Of a DNA stretch of 63,834 nucleotides, positions 36,586-49,796 are shown in pieces. How positions within the stretch are numbered: position 1 is the first letter of the stretch; each line of letters starts with the position of its first letter. Source of the DNA: Octopus bimaculoides. Lineage: Eukaryota. The stretch is from the NCBI RefSeq assembly GCF_001194135.2, contig NC_068986.1:37215882-37279715 (forward strand), given 5' to 3'. Below the pieces are notes generated by a model. It did not search any database. It worked only from the letters and a program-made list of their open reading frames with translations, and was not told the DNA's origin. The translations under genes and the position numbers were made by a program.

Positions 36586-37934
36586 CATAACGTAATATAT
36601 TACAAGTTATTATTCGTTTCGAGATATACCGTTAAATAATTTATATATTTCTCAATGCTTTTACATTTATACTTTGAAATGTAAACAGATTTACATCAAT
36701 CAAGGATTTCACTGCTGTTTCTGGTAGACTGAGCAATCTCTCAGACCCAGATAAGCTTTCCCTTTCTGACTCACGATGCGAATAGACAGTGATGTTTCGA
36801 ACACGACCATCCTATTCTTTATATATATATCTAGAATAACGTGAAGTATGGTCTGCTGGACCTTCTGAATGGCACACAGACGAAAAATCATTTTAAAATG
36901 CTTTTTTTAGTGCGGCTCGCCTGAGGAAGAACTATGTCTTATGAAACCCGCTTCTCGAAAAAGTTTGTCATGCCTGATCCAGAACATTTTCTAGTATGCC
37001 CTTCACATTTTAAGACGATAGACAATGATGTGAGGGAGATTTGGCTGATCAATCGTATAGAGAGGGAGAGACACAGACGTTGATACGAACTATGGATTGG
37101 AAGCATGCTCTCGACAACTGTGCAGAGAGAAAGTAAAATAAATTGAAAAACGGCCCTGAGTGTATTCAAACGCTTTAAATAAGCGATTCGCAAACTGATA
37201 TGTATCTCCTCTCCACCCCCAAAATTAAGGATTTTTTTTCTTTTGGCCCTTATCCTATTCGTACATTAATGAGAAAATGAATCAGAGTTTGCATCCGTAT
37301 ATTTCTTCTTTCCTTGCCATGTTTTTGGATAATTTAAAAACCATATTAATTTTATTAAGTATGGCAATTTGTCCGACCCTTTTATATTCCACAACATGCC
37401 CCTCCAGGAGATGAGGTGTGGGAGACAATATTTTAAATGACATATTCAGTATTTTATTATATAAAGGGGTTTGAAAACTTCGACTAAATCTCCCACCCTG
37501 ACAACAACGTTTTAGATTTTAAATTGATCTAAGTTTTTTCTTTTGCTTTTTGTTGGCTAAGCGAGCCATTATTAGTGGTGGAGAAAGAAAGACTGCAGTG
37601 AATAAAATTAAAAACAGAAGCAATTTTAAACGAAATTGAAATTTACGAACTAACCTAAATTCAATAAAACTTGTAATTAGAATCGATTAAGAAACCATTT
37701 TTCTAAGTGCTTATTATAAAATGATCCGAGTTCAAATTTCAACTTGAGATTTTTTTTTCCCCAGCACACCCAACCGATTCCAAATTTAAGAAAAGATCTT
37801 AGTTATTTCAATTGGAAATTTCAAAGTCCTATAACATCCACCCACGCACATCTATCTATCTATCAATCTATCTATCTAAGGCAATAATCCAGCATGGCCA
37901 CAGTTCATTGATTGAAACAAGTGAAAAGTGTGTG

Positions 37935-38170
37935 TGTAGCTGTGCTTAAAAAGTTCGCTTCGCAAACACGAGATTCCAGGTTCAGTTCTACCGCGCATCA
38001 TCTTGGGCAAGTGTTTTCTACTATAGCCCCGGGTCAACCAATGTTTTGTGAGCGAATTTAGTAGAAGGAAACTACATGGAATCCCATTGTATATATAAGT
38101 ATGTACGTGTTTTATTTTTGCTCTATCACCCGCCACTGCTTGATAACGTGTTGGTTTGTTTACGTCCCCA
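37935..38170 (+). mobile_element. SINE family A, 5' two-thirds
   Basis: AGCTGTGCTTAAAAAGTTCGCTTC...CTTGGGCAAGTGTTTTCTACTATAGCC. Confidence 0.7.
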
Positions 38171-38754
38171 ATGGAAAAAATGCTAAACTTAAAACGAATA
38201 AGTAATGTTTGACGAAACTCGCCAAGGCAGTCCCCCACCATGGCCGTGGATCATTGACCGAAGCAAAAAAAAAAAAAACACGGGTAATGGCGTCACTCAG
38301 TTCAGCACCACTACTTGGATCTTGAGTACTTTACGTGTGGTCAACATAGTCGTATGTATTAGGGTCAGATGTCCGGTTTGAGGCGAATCACACACGCATA
38401 CATACATTTCCATCAGTCTTGGAGGACTTAGAAAATTAATACAGGTACTGCTCGTCCTCCTCTGAATCACACATAAAAATGGCAGACACGTGTGTGCGCG
38501 TGCGTGATCGCAACGAGTTTATTACATACTTAAACTAAGTTTAAGTAGTTTGTGAGCTACAAACGAGAAAAAAAGAAAACTTCCTATTACACGAACAAGG
38601 AATTATGTTTAAGGGTACCATAAAATAAAACAACAATAAGAGTCACAATAACAATCTGCTGGATAAGATGGGGGTGGGGGGTGGACAAAGGTTATAAAAG
38701 ACGAATCCCATTCGTTTCGTGCTGAGAACAAACAAATGTTCTATTCTGAAAGGG

Positions 38755-39115
38755 GATGAGTGATTTAGAAGCTTGCTTTCCAGCCGTGTGACTCTCGGTT
38801 CGGTCCCACTGTACGGTACCTTGGGCAAGTGTCTTCTAGTGTAATGAAAGAAAGCATTGCGAGTGGATTCGGTAGATGGAAACTGAAAGAAGCCTGTCGA
38901 ATATACATATATAGGTAAGTGTGTGCTTGTCCCCGCTCCACCTCATGACAACTGGTCGTTCCCGTAACATAGCAGCTCGGTAAAAGAAGCCGATAAAATA
39001 AGTGCCAGACTCTAAAAAATATCTACTAGTGTCGATTTGTTCGACTAAACCTTACAAGGCGGTGCCCCAACACGGCCGCAGTCCACTAAGTGAATGAAAC
39101 AAATGAAAGATAACA
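38755..39115 (+). mobile_element. SINE family A, near full length
   Basis: GGTTCGGTCCCACTGTACGGTACCTTGGGCAAGTGTCTTCTA...AAGGCGGTGCCCCAACACGGCCGCAG. Confidence 0.8.
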
Positions 39116-40099
39116 GATACATAAAATAACTCCCCAATACATCACCGTTCAAAGGTTTGAGAGTGGATTTAGGGAAGATGGAACTTGAAAGAAGCTTGTA
39201 TAGATGTGTAAAGGGTGTGTGTGTGCGTGAGTTCATTTCCAGATTTCTGTAAAAACATATTCGGCCACAAGAGAAAAAATGCAAGAATAAAAAAAAATAA
39301 TTTTAAAAATTAAAATAGAACAGTCATATTTTCAACATAAAATGTTTAAAAGAAAAGCTGTTTCATATATATATATTCCAGATTATCTCAGCCTCATGAT
39401 CAGGATGCTAGAGCGTTCTGGTTTTTTGTGGTGCCTTTCTTTTAATTACCGCTTTATATTTATACAAATGTTCTCACATCACTTGACTGTTAGAGAATTA
39501 ATGTTCTACGATATCGATACCTACACACAATACATAACACACACCACGCACACAAGCACACACAACCATCACAGTTTCCGTTAACAGAATTTCATTTAAG
39601 TTATTAACCAACACGAATCTATGAAGGAGATATTTGTCCAAGTCTCCAAATAAAGGAATCTGATTTGGAACCATGTGGTAGCAAAACTAACCTCTTATAC
39701 ACACGTATATGCTTGCAGCCATCTAAGTATAACTGCTTTGGAAAACATACAATAAGAAATGACTGTAATCCATAGATTTATGCTTTTGCCATATATCACT
39801 TTTCACATAATAGATCAGAATAAGTATGCGCAACATTCGTTATAGAAACACTTTAATTGACATGCTGCTCCGAAACCCCCAACCCCTGTTGCATTATCGG
39901 CTTAACGTGCAAATCTACTGTTGCACAGAAGCCATCACGCAACCCGTAATCTGTAATAAGAATCTGGATCTATAATAAAGGAGGAATGAAATGAGTGAGA
40001 AATTTTGGTTTTAAATTAAACGTCTGCAGATGACTTGGTATCACCAATAGCTAGATGAAATGTAAGGTGATGGAAAATAAACACGGTGTGTTGGCAGGG

Positions 40100-40255
40100 T
40101 TGTCTTTACGTTCTGAGTTGAAATTTCGCCGAGGTGACTTTGCCTTTCATCCTTTCGGGGTCGATAAATTAAGTACCAGTTGCGTACTAGGGTTGATCTA
40201 ATCGACTGGCCCCCTTCCCAAAGATTTCGGGCCCTGTGCCTAGAGTAGAAAAGAA
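40100..40255 (+). mobile_element. SINE family B, 3' part
   Basis: CGTTCTGAGTTGAAATTTCGCCGAGG...CCTTTCGGGGTCGATAAATTAAGTACCAG. Confidence 0.85.
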
Positions 40256-40549
40256 TTTCCCACCTGCTGGAAGTGTGTTTAATTTTGGCGATTCCTTTCG
40301 CATTGTCAGGTTGACAACTAATTTGAAGTATTGAAGGTAGATTTAATATTCCTACAAAGCATTCCTTATGTGCATGGGAGATTAAACCAAACTTTACCAT
40401 TCATCTTTTGCAGAGGGTAAAATAAATAGAAGTAACACAAACAGTTCAAGCAACGGAATATATTTTATGCTATACAGAAGAGAAATTCAAATGCTTGTTT
40501 CAAAACGTGACACATGAAACCAGTGTATGCATATTCGCGCATATATATA

Positions 40550-40769
40550 NNNNNNNNNNNNNNNNNNNNNNNNNNNNNNNNNNNNNNNNNNNNNNNNNNN
40601 NNNNNNNNNNNNNNNNNNNNNNNNNNNNNNNNNNNNNNNNNNNNNNNNNNNNNNNNNNNNNNNNNNNNNNNNNNNNNNNNNNNNNNNNNNNNNNNNNNNN
40701 NNNNNNNNNNNNNNNNNNNNNNNNNNNNNNNNNNNNNNNNNNNNNNNNNNNNNNNNNNNNNNNNNNNNN
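40550..40769. other. Assembly gap (N run)
   Basis: N characters. Confidence 1.
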
Positions 40770-40774
40770 ATATA

Positions 40775-40809
<35 letters not shown>

Positions 40810-40908
40810 GTGCGCGCGCGTGTACATACAGGGAAAGACTGACAGTGGCGAAGCTAATGCAAAGCGCAACTCTGAAGTCACTATTAACGTTCTCCACACT
40901 TAATGTCA

Positions 40909-41120
40909 GTGAAACTCGCGACATATCTGATCCAGCGGGAAATTTGTGCTTTCGGTATTCTGCAATCAGAGAAGGACATTGACTGGTTACGACGCAAGGC
41001 ACCAGACATGATCGGAATATCAATACGAGAGCATATCTGAAATAAAGTAATTCGAGAATGGAACGGATTGAACAACTTACGAATTCAGGATCGTCAAATA
41101 CAAAGAGAAACGGGATATGA
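40909..41120 (+). pseudogene. RTE-type LINE ORF2 C-terminal relic (target of the telomeric foldback element)
   Basis: Translates ...DWLRRKAPDMIGISIREHI*NKVIREWNG..., resembling the RTE motif LRxILGIS.RDHIRNExIR. Confidence 0.55.
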
Positions 41121-41525
41121 GCGATCTTACGGTACAAGTCCTAAATATCGGCCTTTTCCGTAAAAAGTGTCTTCGGCGATCTTTACCAAAGATCGGGCCT
41201 TGTCCATAACAACCGCACGATCTTCACTACGGTGTTAGGGTAGGATTTTAGTGTCAGGGTTAGGGTTAGTGTTTAGGGTTAGGGTTATGGCTACGGTTAG
41301 GGACGGAATTCCCTAACCCAAACCCTAAAACCCAAACCCTAACCCTAAGCCTAACCCTAAACCCTTCAAGAGAAATGGCGCTCTCTATATCTCTTTCGCT
41401 TTTATGACATCGTTTCCCTGTTTCTCTCCAACACTTTTTACGGAAAAGGTCGATCTTTGGTAAAGATCGCCGAAGACACTTTTTACGGAAAAGGCCGATA
41501 TTTTGGACTCGTACCGTAAGATCGC
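41121..41525. mobile_element. Foldback/Mutator-like MITE with 75-bp TIRs, 10-bp TSD and internal inverted telomeric repeats
   Basis: TIRs 41121-41195 and 41451-41525 match at 73/75. TSD CGGGATATGA at 41111-41120 and 41526-41535. Degenerate (TTAGGG)n at 41235-41302, (CCCTAA)n at 41311-41364. Confidence 0.93.
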
Positions 41526-41777
41526 CGGGATATGATGTTTATCCTTGCTTCATTTATTTATTTTGTCTTCTTTTTTTTTTATAGCCAGTGTTAACAGAGA
41601 AAGAGCAGCATCAGTTCAGGGCCCTTCTCAGACGCTGCGTATCTGCTATCTGCATCAGAGTCCTTGGTTTTTACGATTAACGATGTTCTCACTGATGGTG
41701 TTCGGCCGAGATAAAGATTACGAGCAATCACTCAAGTGTCAATTACGTATGACGTCAAACTGTTACGATCAGTAATT

Positions 41778-42258
41778 NNNNNNNNNNNNNNNNNNNNNNN
41801 NNNNNNNNNNNNNNNNNNNNNNNNNNNNNNNNNNNNNNNNNNNNNNNNNNNNNNNNNNNNNNNNNNNNNNNNNNNNNNNNNNNNNNNNNNNNNNNNNNNN
41901 NNNNNNNNNNNNNNNNNNNNNNNNNNNNNNNNNNNNNNNNNNNNNNNNNNNNNNNNNNNNNNNNNNNNNNNNNNNNNNNNNNNNNNNNNNNNNNNNNNNN
42001 NNNNNNNNNNNNNNNNNNNNNNNNNNNNNNNNNNNNNNNNNNNNNNNNNNNNNNNNNNNNNNNNNNNNNNNNNNNNNNNNNNNNNNNNNNNNNNNNNNNN
42101 NNNNNNNNNNNNNNNNNNNNNNNNNNNNNNNNNNNNNNNNNNNNNNNNNNNNNNNNNNNNNNNNNNNNNNNNNNNNNNNNNNNNNNNNNNNNNNNNNNNN
42201 NNNNNNNNNNNNNNNNNNNNNNNNNNNNNNNNNNNNNNNNNNNNNNNNNNNNNNNNNN
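41778..42258. other. Assembly gap (N run)
   Basis: N characters. Confidence 1.
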
Positions 42259-42555
42259 TTTTTTTTGAGTTAATCAAAGAAGTACCAGTTCTGCACTGGG
42301 GTCAATATAATCGACTTAACCCCTTCCCCCCAAATTCCTGGCCTTGCTCCAGAATTTGAAAACAGTATATATGTTACTGTGTACTGATTGTGTCGTTGTA
42401 GTTTAACCCTCAAGTCAGCTTTGATCAAAGAGACTACTATGGTCACAGTCATTTCAGGTGTAACCATATCGTCTCTTTTAAAGATATCTAAAAATAACAA
42501 AACACAGTCGTCACTTACAAGCGAGTATATGATTCGGTTGGTAGAAACGCTATGA

Positions 42556-42772
42556 CGAGCTTAGCAGAAACGTTAGCACGCCGGGCGAAATGCTTAGTGG
42601 TATTTCGTCTGCTGTTACGTTCTGAGTTCAAATTCCACCGAGGTCGATTTTGCCTTTCATCCTTTCGGGGTCGATAAATTAAGTACCAGTTACACACTGG
42701 GTCGACTTAATCCCTTTGTCTGTCCTTGTTTGTCCCCTCTATGTTTAGGCCCTTGTGGGTAATAAAGAAATA
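42556..42772 (+). mobile_element. SINE family B, young copy with perfect 13-bp TSD
   Basis: TSD AGAAACGCTATGA at 42543-42555 and 42773-42785; intact B-box GAGTTCAAATTCC. Confidence 0.93.
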
Positions 42773-42859
42773 AGAAACGCTATGAATTCGCTGTTTTAGG
42801 TGCCCATGTAGTCTCGAACAGACTGACACCTCCTCAGACCTCCCAGTCTTGACCCAGAG

Positions 42860-43116
42860 CAGTGATTCTCAACCGGGACCCATACGACCCTTGGGGGTCC
42901 ATATAAGATTTTGTTGTTAAAATTTATGAGCAATAAATTACTTATACTTTTACAATACACCAAATATTTTAGCATTTTTTATAAACAATTGCTAATAATA
43001 TTCCATTATAAAAATATAAGAGGATTTTTTTTAACATCGAATGGCTATGGAGGCCCCACCAGAGAAAATATGAATCAGAGGGGTCCATAGGCAAAAAAAA
43101 TGGTTGAAAACCACAG
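42860..43116. mobile_element. hAT-type MITE
   Basis: Ends CAGTGATTCTCAACC / GGTTGAAAACCACAG; degraded 8-bp flanks ACCCAGAG / CCATAGAG; same family as 60067-60288. Confidence 0.7.
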
Positions 43117-43199
43117 CCATAGAGGAACATCGAGAATATGGCAGCTGGAGGAATATGAGAGTAAGTAGACTGGAGTAACTTAAAAAAAAAAAAAAGACT

Positions 43200-43540
43200 G
43201 CGCCACATGCTCAAAAATCGAACCTCCAGCTATTTTGATCATAACCAAACGGCCCTAACCACTAGGCCATATTCTTTCCTTAAAGTGCATTTATCTAACT
43301 TACCCTTTCCTTTTTTAAAGTAGGGTTTGTAATCTGAGAAAGAGATTTAGCTTGCTATTTCTTTCAAATCGAGCGATCGCTGTCTTAAGAACGAACCTGC
43401 AGCTTCACGGCTCCAACCACTAGGTCACATTCGTTCCTTAGGGTACATGATCTAATTTGTCCTGTCTATTTTTTAAGGTAGGACTTGGGATTTGAGAAAG
43501 AGATTTAGCTAACTATTTCTAGCAAACAAAGTGACCACGT
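43200..43540. repeat. Two diverged ~170-bp tandem units (tRNA-like head on - strand plus family D module on + strand)
   Basis: CC.TAACCACTAGG.CA.ATTC.TTCCTTA...GA.AAAGAGATTTAGC occurs twice (~43255 and ~43412). Confidence 0.6.
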
Positions 43541-44643
43541 CGCAGCTCCCCTCACCTGCATTACAGTAATGTGTATGTGAGGCAATTTAAGTGATCTTTA
43601 TGTAAGCGAAGCGGAATCCACAACGACGCTTCTTTGGTCTACTTTACACCACCTGAACATAAAAGTAAGGTATTGTTTGGCAGCAGGTGATTACTAATGA
43701 GACAAGCTAAGTAGTAGATACAGGTGTGAAGGAAGGGATGGGTGCAGGTCTAGACGTAGCTTGTAGTTTAGAGACACGACTTCACTTTTAAAGAGAAGGA
43801 ATTTTCGCAAGCTTCCGGGAAAAGTAAGAGAAAAAAAAAAGAACCACACCAATTTTTCTTTTGTTTTCATTTCATGTATTTTTTTTTTCTCGGTATTCAA
43901 GTTTTTCTTTACTTAGGAATTAAATATATGTATGTGGGTGTGTGTGAGAATGGAATTTTCTCACACACACACACTCACACACGTTTATTGCCTCTCACTC
44001 GAAATACCATGTTTTGTTGTTTTAGAAAATACCGTCTTTACCCTAATTACAAGCAGAGATTTAGACTTAATTACCAAAGGCACAGACGAATTCAAATGCC
44101 AAGTCTTCGGTGACGTGACATAGCATATTCTAAAAAAATGAAAGAAAAGAGAAAAAAAATGTTAAGCCCAGATCAAGGAGTATCCGGCGTTACCAAAGAG
44201 TCTTAACCTTACTTAAGACGGGTATATAATGTGATTTGTGGGAGATTTGGCTACTTTTTCTAGCAAGCACTCTTTCTGGTCAGGTCACTTAAAAGTCTGT
44301 TAGAAACCAAATACGTTGCGTGTTTGATGTGAACACATAGCAATATATATATATAATCCATCTACCACCCTCACTATCTATCTATAATTTACACACATAT
44401 ATAATGTTAAACTTCACGAAAGATATTACAGTTTTTTTTTTTGTTTTGGTTTAAGCCCCAGTTTACCTCTCAACCCCGGAGACTTATGAAGAAAAGACTA
44501 CCACGCTGTGAGTGACCAATCTGTTGGTTTGGGGATTTGATTTTATTTCTCATACAAACTATATTTAGGGCCATATTATTTAATGGTTATGATTTGAGGG
44601 AGATTTGGCTGCTATTTCAAGCATATTGAGAGACTATGTAGAG

Positions 44644-44788
44644 CAGGCATAGGGAACTTTTTCTCGAGAAGGGGGCCGCATGAGAACTGGTTCATCATCA
44701 GTAGGGTCGCATTACAAAAAAGTTCAAGGTAACTTTTCGTTGGTGTGCAATTGGGAAAGTCCCGCGGGCCGCAGTTTGCTCATGACTG
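44644..44788. mobile_element. hAT-type MITE (145 bp)
   Basis: Ends CAGGCATAGGGAAC / GTTTGCTCATGACTG; TSD ATGTAGAG / ATGTAGAA (7/8). Confidence 0.8.
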
Positions 44789-45044
44789 ATGTAGAAGTTT
44801 ATTCATTAACACAAAATTATATAAGAACTGTTGATATGTATGACCACCACGACGGTTACCGTACCTCCTCTATCCTAGTTTTCACAACACTAACGATTCA
44901 AACTTATACGTCAGCAGTTCCCATATTTAGGGGTCGCGACCCAATTTTGCATCACTGTATAAATCAGAAAGGGTCCCAAAAAAAGAAAAGAAATTGACAT
45001 TTGAAATTTTTGTTAAACTATAAAATCTTCATAAGTTATTCAAA

Positions 45045-45380
45045 TGGCACGTTTAAGAAGTTCGTTTCACCACCACGTGGTCGCGGGTTCAGTCCCAATA
45101 CGCAGCCATAACGAGCAAGTGTTTTCCAGGGCCTCAGACTAACCACTGCCTTATCTATGAATTTGGTAGACGGATAATTGGCAGAAACGCATCGTGTGTG
45201 TGTGTCTGTGTGTGTGTTTCTTTCAGTGCTTGACAACTGGTGTTGCTTTGTTTATGTCCCTATAACTTATCGGTTTGGCAAAAAAGAGGCTGATAGAATA
45301 AGCACCGACATTTAAGGATTGGGGGTCGATTATATGGACTATAACCTTCAATACGGTACTACAGTGACCGAAACATGTAA
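45045..45380 (+). mobile_element. SINE family A, degenerate
   Basis: GGGTTCAGTCCC, GAGCAAGTGTT, GACAACTGGTGTT, GGGGGTCGATT. Confidence 0.65.
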
Positions 45381-46314
45381 ACTAATAAAAAACAAATTGT
45401 TGACTACAAAAAGGTTACAACCAGTGCCTACTGTTTTCGGGCTTTCGAGGGTTATTTTAAAATTGAAGGGATTTCTTCTCGAAAGGGGCTCGACATATTT
45501 TCCCAGAACCCTTTCGGCACTAATGATCCCTGCCCGATATATCGGTTGAAACACGCTCTTCGAGGCGCTGCCAGTGTCATTTAACGGCTGGTGTTATGAG
45601 GGTGACGTAGCATCGGGGCCTTGAGGGCTCATGAATAATATAACTTCGTCCTATTTCGATGTGAGTGGGGCCCAATTCTTCGGTACAGTATCAGAGTCTA
45701 CGAACACCTAATATACAAGATATACTGTAAAGATTGAAAAATGTTTTCTACCCCTCAAGAAAAGTATCGAATGTTAAGTGTACCCCAAAGGGTTATATAT
45801 ATATATATACATAAAAAAAGAATTGAACCCCGAATATTGGACTTACCAAACTAGGCTGTGATAATAAATTATCAGGAACTGCTACTCTAAGTGGTCGCAC
45901 GACCGGCTAGATATAGTAGCTAAAATCCCCTTAAACCACAATCCAACTCTCTTAAAAAGGAAGACACAATTTGGATAAGTCTTGGATACATGTCTGAAAA
46001 TATCATAGGCTGGCTGTGGTTGGTGAGTAGACCTAGGGTTAAATAACTAAACATTTTTCGAAGTGAAAAGAAAAAGATAAAAAGATTATCCAAATGCAGG
46101 TATGGAAAAACTGAGAATTCAAGGCACTTATATTTTAATTAGGAAAACAAAAAAAAAGGGTGGGAGGTAGGTGTGTGATTATTAAGCTCTGGATTCGAAC
46201 CTACGGCGCAGCATCTTGGGCAAGCGACTTCCACTGGGGAACAGAGTAATCAATAGCTTATGAATGGAATTAGTAAACGGAAACTGTGCGGGCGGGCGGG
46301 CAGAGCGTGGTATG

Positions 46315-46347
<33 letters not shown>

Positions 46348-46984
46348 ATCTATGGGTATGTGATTGATTACTAGAGTATAAAAAAAAATTGCGTTGTGAC
46401 GAAAATGATTATTCAGCTATTTGACAGAGATCGATAAAATTAAGTACCAAACTTAAATAAGTACTGGGGGCGCGGGGCGGGGGGTGATATGAGCGACCAA
46501 AACCGTTGAAGATGGTGCCTCAGCAACTCTACAGTTCAATGAGTGAAAACAGAACGACTTAAAATCAATTAGGAATCGAAATCGCGTCGCAGCGGACTTG
46601 AGGAAAGCGATAGAAAGAAAAAGAAAAACGTCGTTGATTTTGTTTAACCACAGGCCAGCCCTGATAGAGCAGATTTATGATCAAAGGCCTTCCAACCGTG
46701 ACTATAATGTTTTGTTTTGTTTGTTTGTTGTTGTATAACGGAGAGATTCGAGGGAGAGATTTGACTGCTATTTCTAGCAGATAGGCCGAACGACCGCGAT
46801 GAGATACTGGCTATTTCGGTGGCTCGTGCGTGGTGTTATGCTGTTCCTGTGTCTTTGCTGAGTGTTCGGATATGTCCGTTTGTATGTGTATATTGCTCTG
46901 TGTGTGCGTGCGTGCATGTATGTGCGTATCTATGTTATTGTGAATGGGAATGGTGTATGCTTGCCGTGTGTGCTCGTAGCATGG

Positions 46985-47038
<54 letters not shown>

Positions 47039-47495
47039 CAATTTTAAGACCCTTGTTTACATTCCATAATGATGGAACTTATGATATAAAAACAATGTGG
47101 GTTAGCGGTGTTGAATTCTGACAGAGAGTGTGTTTGGTGTGTGGGGCTGGGAGTAAGAATAAAGAGAAGATGCAGAAAAGGTAAGGGTGACTATACCTAC
47201 ATCTTTGGCAGGGATTGTGTTGGTATAGGGGAGGGGGGGTCTTTACTGAAAATAGAAGCTAAAGAAACAAGGCGACTTTCGTAGGCTTTTCTCTCTTATC
47301 AACCATTATTATTACATCTGTGTATTCAATACTTATACGTACATTCACACATACAAACACACATATATGTAAATATATATATATATGTAAATGCACGTCA
47401 GCAGCACTGTCCAAAAGAGGTGAGGCAGAGGTACATCGAACTCCGGTCTTAGAAGATAATGGTGTCTCAGAAAATATATGTATAACTCACACACA

Positions 47496-47535
<40 letters not shown>

Positions 47536-49796
47536 AAGACTAACGTTTCGAGGAGGGAAGCGTAGCGTGAAAGAAACTTAATACCTCTTGATGAAAGAAA
47601 TTGTTCTCAGATCCCTTCCCCATATCCTCTCACGTCTGTGTAGTATTATTGTACAAGGAAACAGTCAAATTATTTATACACAAGTTGCATGCATTTAGAC
47701 AAAGAGAGAGAGTAAAAAAAAAAAGTTTTCGAAAAGTGGATAAACTTTAAGCATTGATCATGTCGCTGTATTTGTTTTGTTGATGGGGCCGATCACAAAT
47801 ATTACTGCCACCAGTACAACTAATGTTTAAAATGTTCTAAACAAGGTACAAAATGTTGTAAGGTTAGGTGTAAGCAAGGCGAGATGTACAGTCTAATTAT
47901 TAATCAATCACCTTCAGTCATTTTTACAACTAGTATCGAATTTTATCGATACTGGAAGGATATTTGAACTCCGAACACTAAATGATAGGCTGTTAGTAAT
48001 CTATCCGTAAAACATTTTGGGCGATGTTCCACAGATTATGTCCACCACCACGACAATTTTCACGCAAATATTTGGTATTAAACATGTACAGTCGTAAATA
48101 TAAGCACCCAGCAAGCGGCATCTGCGACTAAGTTTCGATTCTAGCACTGTCGCTATTTCGTTACACCTTACGCTTTAATCACCTTAGAACATGCGTGTAC
48201 TCCATACATAATCATCTTCACCTTATCCTTCTCAATATATTCACTTTTCTAAATATCCAGCGAATGAGCTAAACAGCACTTGTATATTTTTCAAATCACA
48301 CCTTTACTGTCCTTTAAAAATTAAGGGTTCATTGGTAGACTTAGACACAATGTTCGATAAAACACTGACTGAAATATGTGGTGTATGGCTGGAACTCTTA
48401 GATTATTAGTCAGTCTGTTCGATCTGTGGTTAAAATAACTACATATCTAAGGACTTGTGTAGCAACTGGATGTAATTAACAAAGGACCCGGTGAGGACGA
48501 ACGCTCCCCCTGCGAACAGAGCCCGCAATTCGGTTTCGATTTGGAAATTGTAGATATTTCACTTAGTGATCCGTATAAAGTTTCTGGGGAAAAAGGCATG
48601 AGTGCCACATGATCTCATTTGCTCCCCACCCTCATACAAAATTTGAACAGCTGTTCATATTGTAAAGAATGCAATAAATATGCATGCTTTTCTTCAAAAG
48701 TTAAAGACACCAGAATTGAATACAAACATACCATATATATATATATATATATATATACAAATTCCTAATTTCATACGCAACTAGAAAGCTGAAAAGTTGT
48801 ACATATAGATAGATAGATAGATAGATAGATCAGCATATATGTATATATAACCAGTGCTTTTCACTTACCTTGAATTATTATTCGGTTAAAGTTTCAATCA
48901 AGACGAAGGTAATAGGCCTCTCAGGACAGTGCATGTAGTAAGTATGAAAAAACCCGAAACAGTGTTTACAATAGCAAGAAATAGTAAGAAGTGGAAAGCA
49001 AAATAAAAAATATTTTTTAAAAATGGAAAATGAAATATATAAATAAATATTTTTGGTCGACGTGAAGTTGACTATAGTACGTGTGCACACTATATCGCTC
49101 TAGCTGTATGAGTGTATATACGTGTGCGTGTGTGTGAGTATGTGTGTTTATGTGTATATATATCGGTGTAAATGTTATATGACTGGAAAAGAGATAGGAG
49201 GTATGAAAGTATGTGTATAGAGTGTGAGAAGGGGAGGGAAACAGATTAAAACAGTATGAGAGAAGGAGAGGGAGGGCGGAAAAATAGATAGAAACTGTCA
49301 GAGAGAGTGGGGGGAAAAGTGTGAGAGAATGATTAGAGAAAGGGAGGTTTTAATGAAGTTCGAATGAAGATTGTATGAGACAAGTAAAGGAAAGAGAGAG
49401 GAGGAGGAGGGGAAGGAGGAGCAGGCGGTATGTGAGTGAAAGTAAGAGGAGTATATGTGTGTGAGCGATTCCTCTGTCCGATGTGAGCGTATCTACGTGA
49501 ATGAATGATATTGAATATGTAAGATTTAATAAGAGAGGGCGGCGACGGTGGTGGTTATATCAGTAGAGTGGCAATGTTAGTAGTAGTAGTAGTAGTAGTA
49601 GTAGAGGTGGTGGTGGTAGTGGTGTCTATAATAATAATAATTATTATTATTATATGGAAGGTTAACTTATAAGTTAGCTCGGTAAGTGTGATGAGTTGCG
49701 CATCGTATGCTCTCTGTTCATTTTCAGCAAGTTTGACAGAAAACAGAAGATACACACAAACATACATACATACATTATACACACACATATATATAN

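Noticed and set aside
41235-41364. Chromosome end-to-end fusion site or true telomere
   Set aside because: The tracts are short, degenerate and enclosed by TIRs and a TSD, so they belong to a mobile element.
45410-45700. GC-richer patch as a coding or TE fragment
   Set aside because: No recognisable motif in any frame and no termini.
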